Below, in pieces: positions 33,166 through 43,041 of a DNA stretch of 64,000 nucleotides. Positions within the stretch are counted from its first letter, which is position 1, and every line of letters starts with the position of its first letter. The notes beneath the pieces were generated by a model. It did not search any database and was not told where the DNA came from. It saw only the letters and a program-made list of their open reading frames with translations. This DNA comes from an uncultured bacterium (GTDB lineage Bacteria; Hydrothermota; Tepidihabitantia; SM23-42; JAOAFX01): positions 25,039 to 89,038 of the forward strand of contig CAYQKL010000004.1 of assembly GCA_964418185.1 (NCBI GenBank), written 5' to 3'. The position numbers and the translations under genes were made by a program.

Positions 33166-33351
33166 ATGATATTCCCGATAGACAAGATTTGGGATCATTA
33201 CCAGAATAAATATAAGGCAATAAATATTGCCGCGCTTTATGCGCGCAGGGTAAAAGATAAGCAATTGCAAGGGTTGATTGATAAGGCGGTCAATCCAATA
33301 AAAGAAGCATTGTTTGAATGTTCAGGTGGTAAGATAAAGTATAAAGAGTGA
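33166..33351 (+). CDS. rpoZ: RNA polymerase omega subunit
   Basis: 61 aa with NKY.AINIAA.YARR and NPIKEAL.E...GKI; AAGGAGG SD; directly before coaBC (canonical synteny). Confidence 0.85.
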   Translation: MIFPIDKIWDHYQNKYKAINIAALYARRVKDKQLQGLIDKAVNPIKEALFECSGGKIKYKE

Positions 33352-34511
33352 AGATAGTCTTAGGAATCACTGGTTCTATTGCGGCTTATAAGGCATTGGA
33401 ATTGCTCAGGCTTTTAAGACGCAAGGGCAATGAAGTGAAGGTTATACTGACTGATTCTGCAGTCAATTTTGTCACACCGTTGAGTTGTCAGACCCTATCC
33501 GATAATGAAGTTTATATTGAGCAATTTGCCCTGACCAGGGGAATCAAGCACATCAGTTTGAATGACTGGGCTGATATACTGGTCATTGCTCCAGCAACTG
33601 CCAATATAATCGGTAAAACAGGTAGCGGCATTGCAGACGATTTGCTTTCAACTACAATATTGTCGTTTCAAAAGCCAATCTTGTTTGTGCCGGCAATGGA
33701 TTCGGGAATGTGGAATAATAGAATACTTCAAGCAAACATTGAGAAGTTGAAAAAAAATGGCTGCAATTTTCTTGAACCGGATTCTGGACCACTTGCTTCA
33801 GGTAAGATTGGAAAAGGAAGATTTCCAGAGATTGAACGAATCTACAAAAAGATACTCTCCTGTTATGCAAACTATAAAACCCTGACAGGAAAGAAGATTC
33901 TTATCACCGGTGGTAGAACCGAAGAGGATATTGATACTGTGCGCGTGATAACAAATCGTTCTACAGGATTGATGGCATTAGAATTGTTTGAAGCAAGTCT
34001 ATGTCGGGATGCAGATGTAAAGATGATTATGGGTGAGGCAGGTGTTGCAGTCCCTGATGACCCCAGGATCTTCAGGGTGAGAACATCAGAAGCGATGTAC
34101 TATGCGTTAAAAAAACATATTAAATGGGCTGATGTTCTGATAATGGCTGCGGCTGTGGGCGACTACAGACTAGCCAAGATCAGTAGCACAAAGATTCATT
34201 CGGAAAAAATGGCTGTGGTATTTGAGAAAAATATTGATCTTTTGAAGGCGATAAAAGGCTACAAGAAGAACAAATTCTTTATTGGATTTTCAGTTGAAGA
34301 CATAGATGTATTGAAACGCGCACGCGAAAAGATTATGCAGAAGGGGCTGGATATGATTGTTTCCAATCCAGTTTGGGTCATTGGCAAACCGTCAACTTCG
34401 GTCGTGATAGTAAAAAGAGATGGAAAATTTATGGAACCAGGCACTATGACCAAATGGGAACTTGCGAATCATCTTCTCGATTTAATTTTAGAAAAAAAGA
34501 AAAATGTTTGA
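33348..34511 (+). CDS. coaBC: Phosphopantothenoylcysteine decarboxylase / phosphopantothenate-cysteine ligase
   Basis: LGITGSIAAYKA, APATAN, PAMDSGMW, GKGRFPE, ITGGRT.E.ID.VRVITNRSTG, AAAVGDY. Confidence 0.95.
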   Translation: MKIVLGITGSIAAYKALELLRLLRRKGNEVKVILTDSAVNFVTPLSCQTLSDNEVYIEQFALTRGIKHISLNDWADILVIAPATANIIGKTGSGIADDLLSTTILSFQKPILFVPAMDSGMWNNRILQANIEKLKKNGCNFLEPDSGPLASGKIGKGRFPEIERIYKKILSCYANYKTLTGKKILITGGRTEEDIDTVRVITNRSTGLMALELFEASLCRDADVKMIMGEAGVAVPDDPRIFRVRTSEAMYYALKKHIKWADVLIMAAAVGDYRLAKISSTKIHSEKMAVVFEKNIDLLKAIKGYKKNKFFIGFSVEDIDVLKRAREKIMQKGLDMIVSNPVWVIGKPSTSVVIVKRDGKFMEPGTMTKWELANHLLDLILEKKKNV

Positions 34512-35877
34512 TGAAAAAAGAGTACCACCCCATTCGCTTGAGGCTGAGGAATCGGTGATTGGTTCAGCACTACTTGATGAATCTGCAGTAGTCAAAGTCC
34601 TTGAAATACTGAAAGAAGAACATTTTTACTCGCCTGCTAATCAAAAGATATTTCGTGCTATAATTGACCTTTACAACCACAATGTTACACCCGACCTTGT
34701 AACGGTTACTGACTGGTTAAGAAAAAACAAAATGCTTGATGAGATTGGAGGTCCTGATTACATTTCCACGATTGTTTCGGGTGTTATTACGACTGCCAAT
34801 GTGGAACATCATGCCCGCGTTGTTCTGGATAAGGCGATAAAGAGAAATCTAATTCGTTCCTCAATGGATGTCCTGAAGGAGGCGTTTGAGGATGCCCGGA
34901 CCGCCGCTGAAATGGTAGATATTGCACAGAATATGATCTTCCAGATTAAAGAAAAAGGGTTGAGAAAAGAGCCGATTCATATCCGCGAGTATATCACCAA
35001 TATTCTGGAAACCGCTGAAAAGATGCGCGGTGCTCGTTTGATCACCGGAGTGGAGACAGGTTTCTTCGCCCTGGATGAAAAGACCTCAGGATTTCAAAAA
35101 GGTGATTTTATTGTAATCGCAGGCAGACCAAGTATGGGAAAGACAGCCTTTGCCCTCAATGTGGCTGCATTTGCAGCAGTGAAAAACAACATTCCGTTAG
35201 CCGTTTTCTCGCTTGAAATGTCAGCGGAAAGTCTGGTGCAACGAATGTTATGCAGTGAGGCGAGTGTTAACCTGAGAAATCTGCGGCGGAACATTTTGTC
35301 GGATCAGGATTGGGTGAATCTGGCGACTGCTGCGGGTAATCTTGACAGGTCACCGATATACATTGATGATAGCGCTTCACTGACAATGCTGGAACTGAAG
35401 ACCAAGGCGCGGCGTCTCAAGGTTGATTATGATATTCAACTCTTGATCGTTGATTATTTACAGATGATCGCCGGTACTGCAACCACCAAGCAGATGATTT
35501 CCCGCCAGCAGGAGATATCAGAAATTTCTCGTTCGCTCAAGGCGCTGGCAAAGGAATTGAATATACCTCTGGTTGTCGTTTCGCAACTATCAAGAATGCC
35601 TGAGCTTCGTACTGGCGATCACCGTCCCAAACTTGCAGATCTAAGAGAGAGTGGTGCGATTGAGCAGGATGCAGATGTAGTAATATTTATTTACCGCGAT
35701 GAATTCTATCATCCGGATGACCCGGAAAATAAAGGAAAGGCAGAGATTGACATCGCCAAACAGAGGAATGGACCAACCGGCAAGATTGACCTCGGTTTTC
35801 AGGCGGAGTTTACAAAGTTTACCAATCTCGTACCTGGTGCAGTTATGCAGGAGGTTGAAGAGATTGAACCTTTTTAG
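34504..35877 (+). CDS. dnaB: Replicative DNA helicase
   Basis: PPHSLEAEESVIG, AGRPSMGKTA, FSLEMS, VDYLQ, SQLSR, DLRESGAIEQDAD, IAKQRNGPTG; no intein seen. Confidence 0.98.
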   Translation: MFDEKRVPPHSLEAEESVIGSALLDESAVVKVLEILKEEHFYSPANQKIFRAIIDLYNHNVTPDLVTVTDWLRKNKMLDEIGGPDYISTIVSGVITTANVEHHARVVLDKAIKRNLIRSSMDVLKEAFEDARTAAEMVDIAQNMIFQIKEKGLRKEPIHIREYITNILETAEKMRGARLITGVETGFFALDEKTSGFQKGDFIVIAGRPSMGKTAFALNVAAFAAVKNNIPLAVFSLEMSAESLVQRMLCSEASVNLRNLRRNILSDQDWVNLATAAGNLDRSPIYIDDSASLTMLELKTKARRLKVDYDIQLLIVDYLQMIAGTATTKQMISRQQEISEISRSLKALAKELNIPLVVVSQLSRMPELRTGDHRPKLADLRESGAIEQDADVVIFIYRDEFYHPDDPENKGKAEIDIAKQRNGPTGKIDLGFQAEFTKFTNLVPGAVMQEVEEIEPF

Positions 35878-36601
35878 TAATATTGCTGAATATACCGAAT
35901 TCTTTATTCGTAGTTTTTTCTTCCGCTGGAATGTGCGTAAGCACAAGGACCGGATATTAGAGCAGATTGATAGTGTTGGTCTTGGTTCACTGCCGATAAT
36001 TGTAATAATATCATCTTTTCTTGGTCTGGTCACAACGGTGCAACTGTCTTACCAACTCCTCGGTTTGCTTCCCAGATATTTTCTCGGTGCAACGGTGGGT
36101 AGAATGGTTTTGATTGAACTTGGTCCAATTTTGACCGGTTTGATTGTCAGTGGTAGATGTGCTTCAGCAATGGCTGCAGAAATAGGAACAATGCGGGTTA
36201 CAGAGCAAATTGATGCTCTTGAATCAATGGCGATAAATCCCTACCATTTTCTAAATTTTCCGAGAATCTTTGGCACTATGCTTTCTCTGCCAATTCTCAC
36301 AGTATTTTCAGAGTTTGTTGCAATCTATGCAGGTGGTTTATATGCCCATTCATTTCTTAATGTGCCCTTGAGTGTCTATAACTATGGATTGGTAAGGAAT
36401 TTTTACCCCAGGGATCTATTTGGGGGACTTCTCAAGGCCTTCCTGTTTTCCTTTGCCATATCGGTTTCAGGCTGTTATTTTGGATTCAAGGTAAAGGGTG
36501 GGGCGCGTGAAGTTGGCAGTGCCACCACCTATGCTGTTGTGACGGCATGCGTTTTGATTTTGATTCTGGATTTTATTGTGGCACTTCTGGTTTTTGGTTA
36601 A
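35864..36601 (+). CDS. mlaE: MlaE-family ABC transporter permease
   Basis: ELGPILTGLIVSGRCASAMAAEIGTMRVTEQIDALESM, GAREVGSATT.AVV. Start estimated at TTG 35864 (GGAGG at 35850-54). Confidence 0.9.
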   Translation: MNLFSNIAEYTEFFIRSFFFRWNVRKHKDRILEQIDSVGLGSLPIIVIISSFLGLVTTVQLSYQLLGLLPRYFLGATVGRMVLIELGPILTGLIVSGRCASAMAAEIGTMRVTEQIDALESMAINPYHFLNFPRIFGTMLSLPILTVFSEFVAIYAGGLYAHSFLNVPLSVYNYGLVRNFYPRDLFGGLLKAFLFSFAISVSGCYFGFKVKGGAREVGSATTYAVVTACVLILILDFIVALLVFG

Positions 36602-37287
36602 TGATTAAGATCAAGAATCTGACAAAACAATTTGATGGTCATTATGTTCTTGATAAGGTTTGCTTTGAGGTTAAGGATGCAGAACTTGTTGTGGTTCTTG
36701 GTCCTTCAGGAACCGGCAAGACAATTCTGTTGAAATCAATGCTTTGTCTGATACCGGCGGATGGTGGTGAGGTCTATTTTGATGGAAAAGATATTCTGAC
36801 TGCAGATATTGATGACCTCTACCAGATAAGAAAGAATGTAGGATTTATCTTTCAGAGCAGTGCACTGTTTGATTCTATGACCGTCTATGAAAATATTGCC
36901 CTGCCTCTGATTGAGAATACTACAAAATCTGGTCGCGAGATAAAGGAACAGATAAAAAATTTGCTGGAGATTGTTGGTCTACCTGGACGCGAAAAACTTT
37001 ATCCACGAGCATTGTCCGGTGGAATGAAGAGACTTGTATCAATCGCCCGGGCACTGACGCTTGAACCCAAATATCTCTTTTATGATGAACCCACTACTGG
37101 TCTTGATCCGGTAATGCGTGATAGAATTGTGAATTTGATAATCAACCTTAAAAAAGATTTTCAAAATAGCGGAATTGTGGTTACCCACGACCTTGAGACA
37201 GCCCGGGCGGTAGGCGATGAAATATATATGTTAAAGGATGGCAGGATCAAAAAATTAGAAAAAATTGAGAAAGGAATGTATGGATAA
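36601..37287 (+). CDS. mlaF: MlaF-family ABC transporter ATPase
   Basis: GPSGTGKT, FQSSALFDSMTVYEN, LSGGMKRLVSIARAL, YDEPTTGLDP, VTHD. Start at ATG 36601. Confidence 0.9.
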   Translation: MIKIKNLTKQFDGHYVLDKVCFEVKDAELVVVLGPSGTGKTILLKSMLCLIPADGGEVYFDGKDILTADIDDLYQIRKNVGFIFQSSALFDSMTVYENIALPLIENTTKSGREIKEQIKNLLEIVGLPGREKLYPRALSGGMKRLVSIARALTLEPKYLFYDEPTTGLDPVMRDRIVNLIINLKKDFQNSGIVVTHDLETARAVGDEIYMLKDGRIKKLEKIEKGMYG

Positions 37288-38020
37288 GCAAATCAAAAAA
37301 ACCCTGGTAGGAATCTATATTCTGGGTGGAATCATACTTCTTATAATCTTCTATGTTCTGCTTTCGGGAAAACTATCGTTACGTACTACCCAGGAGATAA
37401 AAGTCTATTTTGATGATGTTACCTGGTTAAGACCAGGTGACCCGGTGATAATCTATGGAATTCAGAAGGGCAAAGTGAAATCTTTGCATCTTGAAGGCGA
37501 TAAGGTACTGGTTATGCTTGCACTTGAGCGTGATGTCAAATTATATGATGATACGAAAATTTCCATAAGGCTCGTCAATTATCTTGGTTCAGACCGTTAC
37601 ATAAAAGTTGTGCCTGGCACGACTGGCATTGTGCCTGAAATCTATTACGGTTATAATGCCTCACTTGATCTGGAATTGGTGGCAGCGAAACTTGATAGTC
37701 TTAGTAGTGTTTTTGAAAATTTTAAACTTCCTGATCTGGGCAATCTTGGTGACAGGTTTTCCCGTTCGCTGGAAACAAGTTTGAAGGAGTTGGTGGAAAT
37801 CGTCAAAGAACCAAGAGATCAGCTCGGTCTGGTTGCCCTGAAATTAAGTATTCTGATTGATTCCTTGAATTCACTGGTTGAAAAACAAGGAACTATTGCA
37901 CGACTGATAGAATCAGACGAGTTATATGAGGAAATCCGGGAGACGAATCAGGAATTGAAGGCACTCATTGAAGATATAAAAGCAAACCCCAAAAAATATC
38001 TGCAGATTAAAGTGTTTTGA
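37280..38020 (+). CDS. mlaD: MlaD/MCE-family protein
   Basis: N-terminal TM, FDDVTWLRPGDPV...G...GKV, LGSDRYI...PG, helical C-terminus ending DIKANPKKYL. Confidence 0.85.
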   Translation: MDKQIKKTLVGIYILGGIILLIIFYVLLSGKLSLRTTQEIKVYFDDVTWLRPGDPVIIYGIQKGKVKSLHLEGDKVLVMLALERDVKLYDDTKISIRLVNYLGSDRYIKVVPGTTGIVPEIYYGYNASLDLELVAAKLDSLSSVFENFKLPDLGNLGDRFSRSLETSLKELVEIVKEPRDQLGLVALKLSILIDSLNSLVEKQGTIARLIESDELYEEIRETNQELKALIEDIKANPKKYLQIKVF

Positions 38021-39351
38021 TGAAAACAAAATTTGTCTGTCAGAATTGCGGCGCCTTCTCGCCTAAGTGGTTAGGCCGTTGTCCAAATTGTGGTGTCTAC
38101 AATTCATTTGTTGAAGAAGTGATTGAAAAGTCCGAGGCAACTGCAAAGAAGGATGCAAAGCCGGTGGTCCTTTCCGATGTGCCTTATGAGAATTATCAGC
38201 GAAAGTCCGTGGGAATTCTGGAAATGGACCGGGTACTCGGTGGTGGTCTGGTGCCCGGTTCTTTGATTCTTCTCGGTGGCGACCCGGGTATTGGGAAGTC
38301 TACGCTTATGCTACAAATTTCTGATTATATAAGCAATGATGGCAGCAAGGTCTTTTATGTGAGTGGAGAAGAATCGTCTTCACAGATCAGGTTGAGGGCA
38401 GAAAGGCTTAATGCTCAGACGGGTAAAATCAATATTCTTTCTGAAACTGAACTTGAAACAATTCTGAACATTGCAGAAGAGGTTAAGCCTGATTTGATGG
38501 TTATTGACTCGATCCAGACAGTCTACAAATCAAATATTTCATCAGCGCCAGGCAGTGTTGCCCAGGTGCGGGAATGTGGTGGTGATATAATGCGTTTTGC
38601 GAAGACCCATAATGTGACGACTGTGATTATTGGGCATGTAACTAAGTTTGGGGTAATTGCGGGTCCAAAAACCCTGGAACATATTGTTGATACGGTATTG
38701 TACTTTGAAGGCGATAAAGAAGGACAGTACAGAATTCTGAGGGCAATAAAGAATCGGTTTGGTGCGACTAATGAACTTGGAGTTTTTGAAATGACGGTTG
38801 CCGGCCTAAAAGAGGTTATGAATCCATCCAGCATATTTATCTCTGATGTTGTGGCACCGGGTGCAGTCATTGTCTCAGTCATTGAAGGCTCGCGACCATT
38901 CCTGGTTGAGGTTCAGGCATTGACCAGCCCAACCTTTTTTAATTATCCCCAACGGGTCACAACAGGTATTGACTATAAGAGACTGGCAATGCTACTTGCA
39001 GTCCTGGAGAGGCGAATGGGAATAAATGTTTATGGCCTTGATTGTTTTGTGAATGTTGCTGGTGGTATCAAACTTTCCGAGACATCAAGCGACCTGGGTA
39101 TTCTGCTGGCGATTGCCTCGTCTATCAAGAACAGACCTGTGGGAAAAGGAATACTGGTGATTGGTGAAGTCGGATTGTGTGGTGAAGTAAGGCCGGTTTA
39201 TGGTCTTGACATTAGATTAAAAGAGGCAGAAAAATTGGGGTTTCAGCTGGCAATTACACCAGCAAAGAACAAACCACCCGAAAATTTCAAGATAAAAGTA
39301 ATACCAGTTGGTGAAGCAAATGAAGCGATGTCTGCTGTGTTCAATGCATAA
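38020..39351 (+). CDS. radA: DNA repair protein RadA/Sms
   Basis: CQNCG...KWLGRCPNCG, GGDPGIGKSTL, SGEES, IDSIQT, KNRFG. Confidence 0.98.
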   Translation: MKTKFVCQNCGAFSPKWLGRCPNCGVYNSFVEEVIEKSEATAKKDAKPVVLSDVPYENYQRKSVGILEMDRVLGGGLVPGSLILLGGDPGIGKSTLMLQISDYISNDGSKVFYVSGEESSSQIRLRAERLNAQTGKINILSETELETILNIAEEVKPDLMVIDSIQTVYKSNISSAPGSVAQVRECGGDIMRFAKTHNVTTVIIGHVTKFGVIAGPKTLEHIVDTVLYFEGDKEGQYRILRAIKNRFGATNELGVFEMTVAGLKEVMNPSSIFISDVVAPGAVIVSVIEGSRPFLVEVQALTSPTFFNYPQRVTTGIDYKRLAMLLAVLERRMGINVYGLDCFVNVAGGIKLSETSSDLGILLAIASSIKNRPVGKGILVIGEVGLCGEVRPVYGLDIRLKEAEKLGFQLAITPAKNKPPENFKIKVIPVGEANEAMSAVFNA

Positions 39352-39365
39352 ATTAAGGGGGTTAA

Positions 39366-39992
39366 ATGTTGTTTTTCAAGAAAGAAGAACGATTTGTGCT
39401 TGATTCATCCTGCATTATTGATGGTCGTATCGTCAATTTATTTGAGAAAAAATTTTATGAGGGTAAGGTCATAATTCCTTATCTTGTGAAAATCATTATC
39501 CGCCGGAAGATCGGGATTGAGGCGGACAAAATGTTGAATAATCTAAAGAAAGTTGTATCCATTGAATTCGTGGATAAAAATGTGGATGGTGTTGTTGAGG
39601 AGGTCTGTGTTCTAAGGACTGCCGAAAGAAGGAGGGCAAAGGTTTTCACCGCATCGGAAGGCTATGATTTTTATGTTAAATCGTTCCCTGATGTCCGTAT
39701 CATTAATATTAAGGAATTGTATCATAGCCTGACGCCGATTTTTTTTCCGGGTCGGGTAATTTCCGTGCGCATTATAAAGAGAGGACTAAATCTTAATGAA
39801 GGGGTTGGCTACATTGAAGGTGTAAAAGTGATAGTTGAGAATGGAGCGAAACATCTAAATCATTATGTTGATGTTAGGGTTGTATCAATGATACAGTCTG
39901 ATACGGGTAATCTTGTTTTTGGAACAGTTACTGGAGCATCGGAAAATGCTAATCCAAAAGAAAATCAGGTCAACAAAGCCGGGAGTCCATAA
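39366..39992 (+). CDS. PIN/TRAM domain protein (YacL-like) without the N-terminal membrane region
   Basis: FVLDSSCIIDGR; C-terminal TRAM EGVGYIEG.KVIVENG...V.V.SMIQSDTGNLVF; follows radA. Confidence 0.75.
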   Translation: MLFFKKEERFVLDSSCIIDGRIVNLFEKKFYEGKVIIPYLVKIIIRRKIGIEADKMLNNLKKVVSIEFVDKNVDGVVEEVCVLRTAERRRAKVFTASEGYDFYVKSFPDVRIINIKELYHSLTPIFFPGRVISVRIIKRGLNLNEGVGYIEGVKVIVENGAKHLNHYVDVRVVSMIQSDTGNLVFGTVTGASENANPKENQVNKAGSP

Positions 39993-41017
39993 TGAATAAC
40001 TCAATTGATTATCTTGACAGTTTATTAGAAAAGTTGTGTGTTGCACGGGGGCTTGGTTTTTCGGGTAATGTTGCGGACATACTCATAAAAGAGATAAAGC
40101 CATTTGCTGAGAATGTCCGACTATTTGAAGACGGCAGTGTTTATGGAAGGATTTCCGGCTCCAGGAATATTGATTTGATGCTTGCCTGCCACCTTGATGA
40201 AATCGGATTTCTCGTTACCGGGATTGAGGATGATGGATTCATAAGATTTCGGCAGATTGGCGGCTGTGATGAGCGGATATTACCGGGACAGGAAGTGTTA
40301 ATTATGGGTCGTAAACTGGTGAGGGGTTATGTTGGTGCGAAGCCGCCTCATTTGATGACGAAGGTGGAGCGAGAAAAGGTCCTTACAATTGATAAACTTT
40401 TCATTGATACAGGTTTAAAACCGAATGTAGTAAGGAAGATGGTGAATATTGGAGATATTATCTGTTTTGTGGGTTACTACAATAGACTTCAGGGTGATTT
40501 TAGAAGTGCCAAGTCTCTTGACAACCGTTCAAGTGTTGCATGTGCTGTTTTGATAATGCAGGAACTTGCGAAGAATGGCTCGCCAACAAATATTCATTTT
40601 GTTGCCACAAACCAGGAGGAGTTCACCGGGCTCGGTGCCCGGATTCATTCATTCCGCCTTAAACCCGACTATTGCATTGTGATTGATGTAACCCAGGGAG
40701 AATATCCCGGACTTGCGGAAACCGAATATTTTGGTCTTGATAAGGGTCCAGTTATTACCCGTGGTGGAACGATTCCAAAGAAGTTATACGAAGTGCTTGT
40801 ATCAACCGCCAAGTCGCTGGAGATGCATTATCAGATTGAGGCATTACCATCCTACACAGGTACGGACGCAGATACAATAGCATTCAACAAAGAAGGAATT
40901 CCGACCTGTGTTCTGGGTATTCCATTGCGCTATATGCATACGCCGGTTGAGGTTGTTTGCCTGAAGGATATTGAGAGAACTGCACACCTGGTGCTTGAGT
41001 TCATTAAGAGATTGTAG
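39992..41017 (+). CDS. M42 family metallopeptidase
   Basis: CHLDEIG, IGG.D.R.L.GQ, KSLDNR, QEEF, DVT, GTDAD, IPLRYMHTPVE. Confidence 0.9.
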   Translation: MNNSIDYLDSLLEKLCVARGLGFSGNVADILIKEIKPFAENVRLFEDGSVYGRISGSRNIDLMLACHLDEIGFLVTGIEDDGFIRFRQIGGCDERILPGQEVLIMGRKLVRGYVGAKPPHLMTKVEREKVLTIDKLFIDTGLKPNVVRKMVNIGDIICFVGYYNRLQGDFRSAKSLDNRSSVACAVLIMQELAKNGSPTNIHFVATNQEEFTGLGARIHSFRLKPDYCIVIDVTQGEYPGLAETEYFGLDKGPVITRGGTIPKKLYEVLVSTAKSLEMHYQIEALPSYTGTDADTIAFNKEGIPTCVLGIPLRYMHTPVEVVCLKDIERTAHLVLEFIKRL

Positions 41018-41061
41018 ACAGAGATTGTGCACCCTGAGTTATTATTGTGAAAGGAGCGTAT

Positions 41062-41838
41062 ATGGATTGGGGATTGAAAAATAGGCTATCGCGCATTATC
41101 AAGCCGGCGACCGGCAAAACCGTGATGCTGGCAGTTGATCACGGTTATTTTCTTGGTCCAACCGGTGGCCTCGAGGCTCCAGCTAAGACCATCAGACCAT
41201 TGTTGCGCTTTGCGGATTCATTAATGCTAACAAGGGGTGTTCTGCGAACCTCAGTCCCATCTGATTTTGATATACCCATTGTTCTTCGTGTTTCAGGTGG
41301 AACAAGCATTCTTGCCAAGGATTTATCTAACGAAGGGATTACAACCTCAATCAAAGAGGCAATCAGACTGAATGCCTGTGCAGTAGCATTATCAATCTTT
41401 GTGGGTTCTGAACATGAGAAAGAAACTTTACTTGCACTCTCTGAACTGGTGAATCAATCTGAAGAATATGGTATTGCAGTTCTTGCCGTGACCGCAGTGG
41501 GTAGAGAAATGTCCAGAGATGCAAAATATCTGAGCCTTTGCTGCCGGATTGCGGCTGAATTAGGTGCCCACTTTGTGAAGACCTATTATTGTGGGGATTT
41601 TGAGAGGGTTGTTGAGTCCTGTCCGGTACCGATTGTTATTGCCGGCGGAAAGAAATTGCCGGAAAAAGAGGCGTTGGAACTTGCGTATAATGCACTGAAG
41701 TATGGCGCGATTGGCGTTGATATGGGTAGAAACATCTTTCAATCCGAAGACCCGGTGGCAATGATACAGGCAGTCAGGGCAATAGTGCACAAAAATGCGT
41801 CGGTAGATGAGGCCTATGAGATATATAAAACAAAGTGA
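41062..41838 (+). CDS. lsrF: LsrF-like class I aldolase/thiolase
   Basis: MDWGLKNRLSRI, MLAVDHGYFLGPT, AELGAHFVKTYY, IAGGKK, GVDMGRNIFQS. Start moved to ATG 41062. Confidence 0.85.
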   Translation: MDWGLKNRLSRIIKPATGKTVMLAVDHGYFLGPTGGLEAPAKTIRPLLRFADSLMLTRGVLRTSVPSDFDIPIVLRVSGGTSILAKDLSNEGITTSIKEAIRLNACAVALSIFVGSEHEKETLLALSELVNQSEEYGIAVLAVTAVGREMSRDAKYLSLCCRIAAELGAHFVKTYYCGDFERVVESCPVPIVIAGGKKLPEKEALELAYNALKYGAIGVDMGRNIFQSEDPVAMIQAVRAIVHKNASVDEAYEIYKTK

Positions 41839-41876
41839 GGCTGATTGAGGTATAAAGAGAACTATCATTTCATCAT

Positions 41877-42009
41877 AAATCCAAAATCCCAAATCCTAAT
41901 TTCTAAACAAATTATAATTCCCAAAGTTTTTCATATTCCAAGTAGGTTGAAGCATTGGAATCTTGAGTTTTGATATTGTTTAGGAATTGGAAATTAGAAT
42001 TTTGGATTT
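41877..42009. repeat. Long imperfect hairpin built from 7-mer-like units (same family as 29803-29930)
   Basis: Pairs AAATCCAAAAT/ATTTTGGATTT, CTAAACAA/TTGTTTAG and TTCCAA/TTGGAA. Confidence 0.8.
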
Positions 42010-42024
42010 GATAGGTGCTGTTAT

Positions 42025-43041
42025 ATGCGTGTGGCAGTTTACTACAATAACCGCAATATAAGAATTGAAGAAAGACCAATTCCTGAGATTAATGAGAATG
42101 AACTTCTTGTGAAGGTCATTGCCAGTGGAATCTGTGGTAGTGATGTGATGGAGTGGTATCGAATAAAAAGTGCACCAAGGGTTCTGGGACATGAGATCAC
42201 AGGTGAGGTTGTTAAGGCAGGCAAAAATATCAAGAATTTTAATGTTGGAGATAGAATTTTTGTATCACACCATGTTCCCTGCAACGAATGCAAGTATTGT
42301 CTCAAGGGTTACCACACGGTCTGCGAGACCTTGAAAAAGACCAATTTTGATCCGGGTGGTTTTGCCGAGTACCTGCGGGTTCCAGAAATCAATGTGAAAT
42401 ACGGGACATTTTTGTTGCCTGAAGAGGTATCCTATGAAGAGGGAACATTTATTGAGCCATTGGGTTGTGTAATAAGGGGTCAGCGACTTGCCGGGATAAA
42501 AAAGATTGATACGGTTCTGGTGATTGGCTCAGGCATTGCGGGTATACTACATATCAAACTCTTGAAGGCAATCGGTGTTGAAAGGATTTTTGCCACTGAT
42601 ATCAATAAATTCCGGCTTGATTTTGCAAAGAGATGTGGGGCAGAGGTGATTGATGGACGTGATAAAGTTGTAGAAAGAATTAAAGAATTAAACAATGGTT
42701 GTCTGGTAGATGTCGTAATAGTTAATACTACTGCACTCAGTGCCTTTGAACAGGCATTCGCCGCAGTTGACCGCGCAGGAACCCTTTTGTTATTCGCACC
42801 AACCGCTCCTGAAGTCCGTATTCCATTACCCCTCTTTGACCTCTATTTCAAGGGTGTAAAAATAATCTTTTCCTATGCAGCGGTAAAAATAGATATTCTG
42901 GAGGCGATTGAAGTTTTAAAGAATAAAAAAATAGTTGTCCTTGATATGGTGACCCATCATTTTGGTTTGGATGAAATTCAAGAGGGTTTTAGACTTGTAG
43001 AAAAGGCAGATTGTTCATTAAAAGTAATCATAAAGCCATAA
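42025..43041 (+). CDS. Zn-dependent medium-chain alcohol dehydrogenase (iditol/threonine dehydrogenase-like)
   Basis: GICGSD, GHE, CNECKYC...VC, EPLGC, GSGIAG. Confidence 0.92.
   Translation: MRVAVYYNNRNIRIEERPIPEINENELLVKVIASGICGSDVMEWYRIKSAPRVLGHEITGEVVKAGKNIKNFNVGDRIFVSHHVPCNECKYCLKGYHTVCETLKKTNFDPGGFAEYLRVPEINVKYGTFLLPEEVSYEEGTFIEPLGCVIRGQRLAGIKKIDTVLVIGSGIAGILHIKLLKAIGVERIFATDINKFRLDFAKRCGAEVIDGRDKVVERIKELNNGCLVDVVIVNTTALSAFEQAFAAVDRAGTLLLFAPTAPEVRIPLPLFDLYFKGVKIIFSYAAVKIDILEAIEVLKNKKIVVLDMVTHHFGLDEIQEGFRLVEKADCSLKVIIKP

Noticed and set aside
35699-35863. Long N-terminal extension of mlaE overlapping dnaB
   Set aside because: Shadow of the dnaB frame; the plausible start is a TTG at 35864 (or 35855).
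34504-35877. Intein in DnaB
   Set aside because: Length (457 aa) and motif spacing are normal; no insertion.
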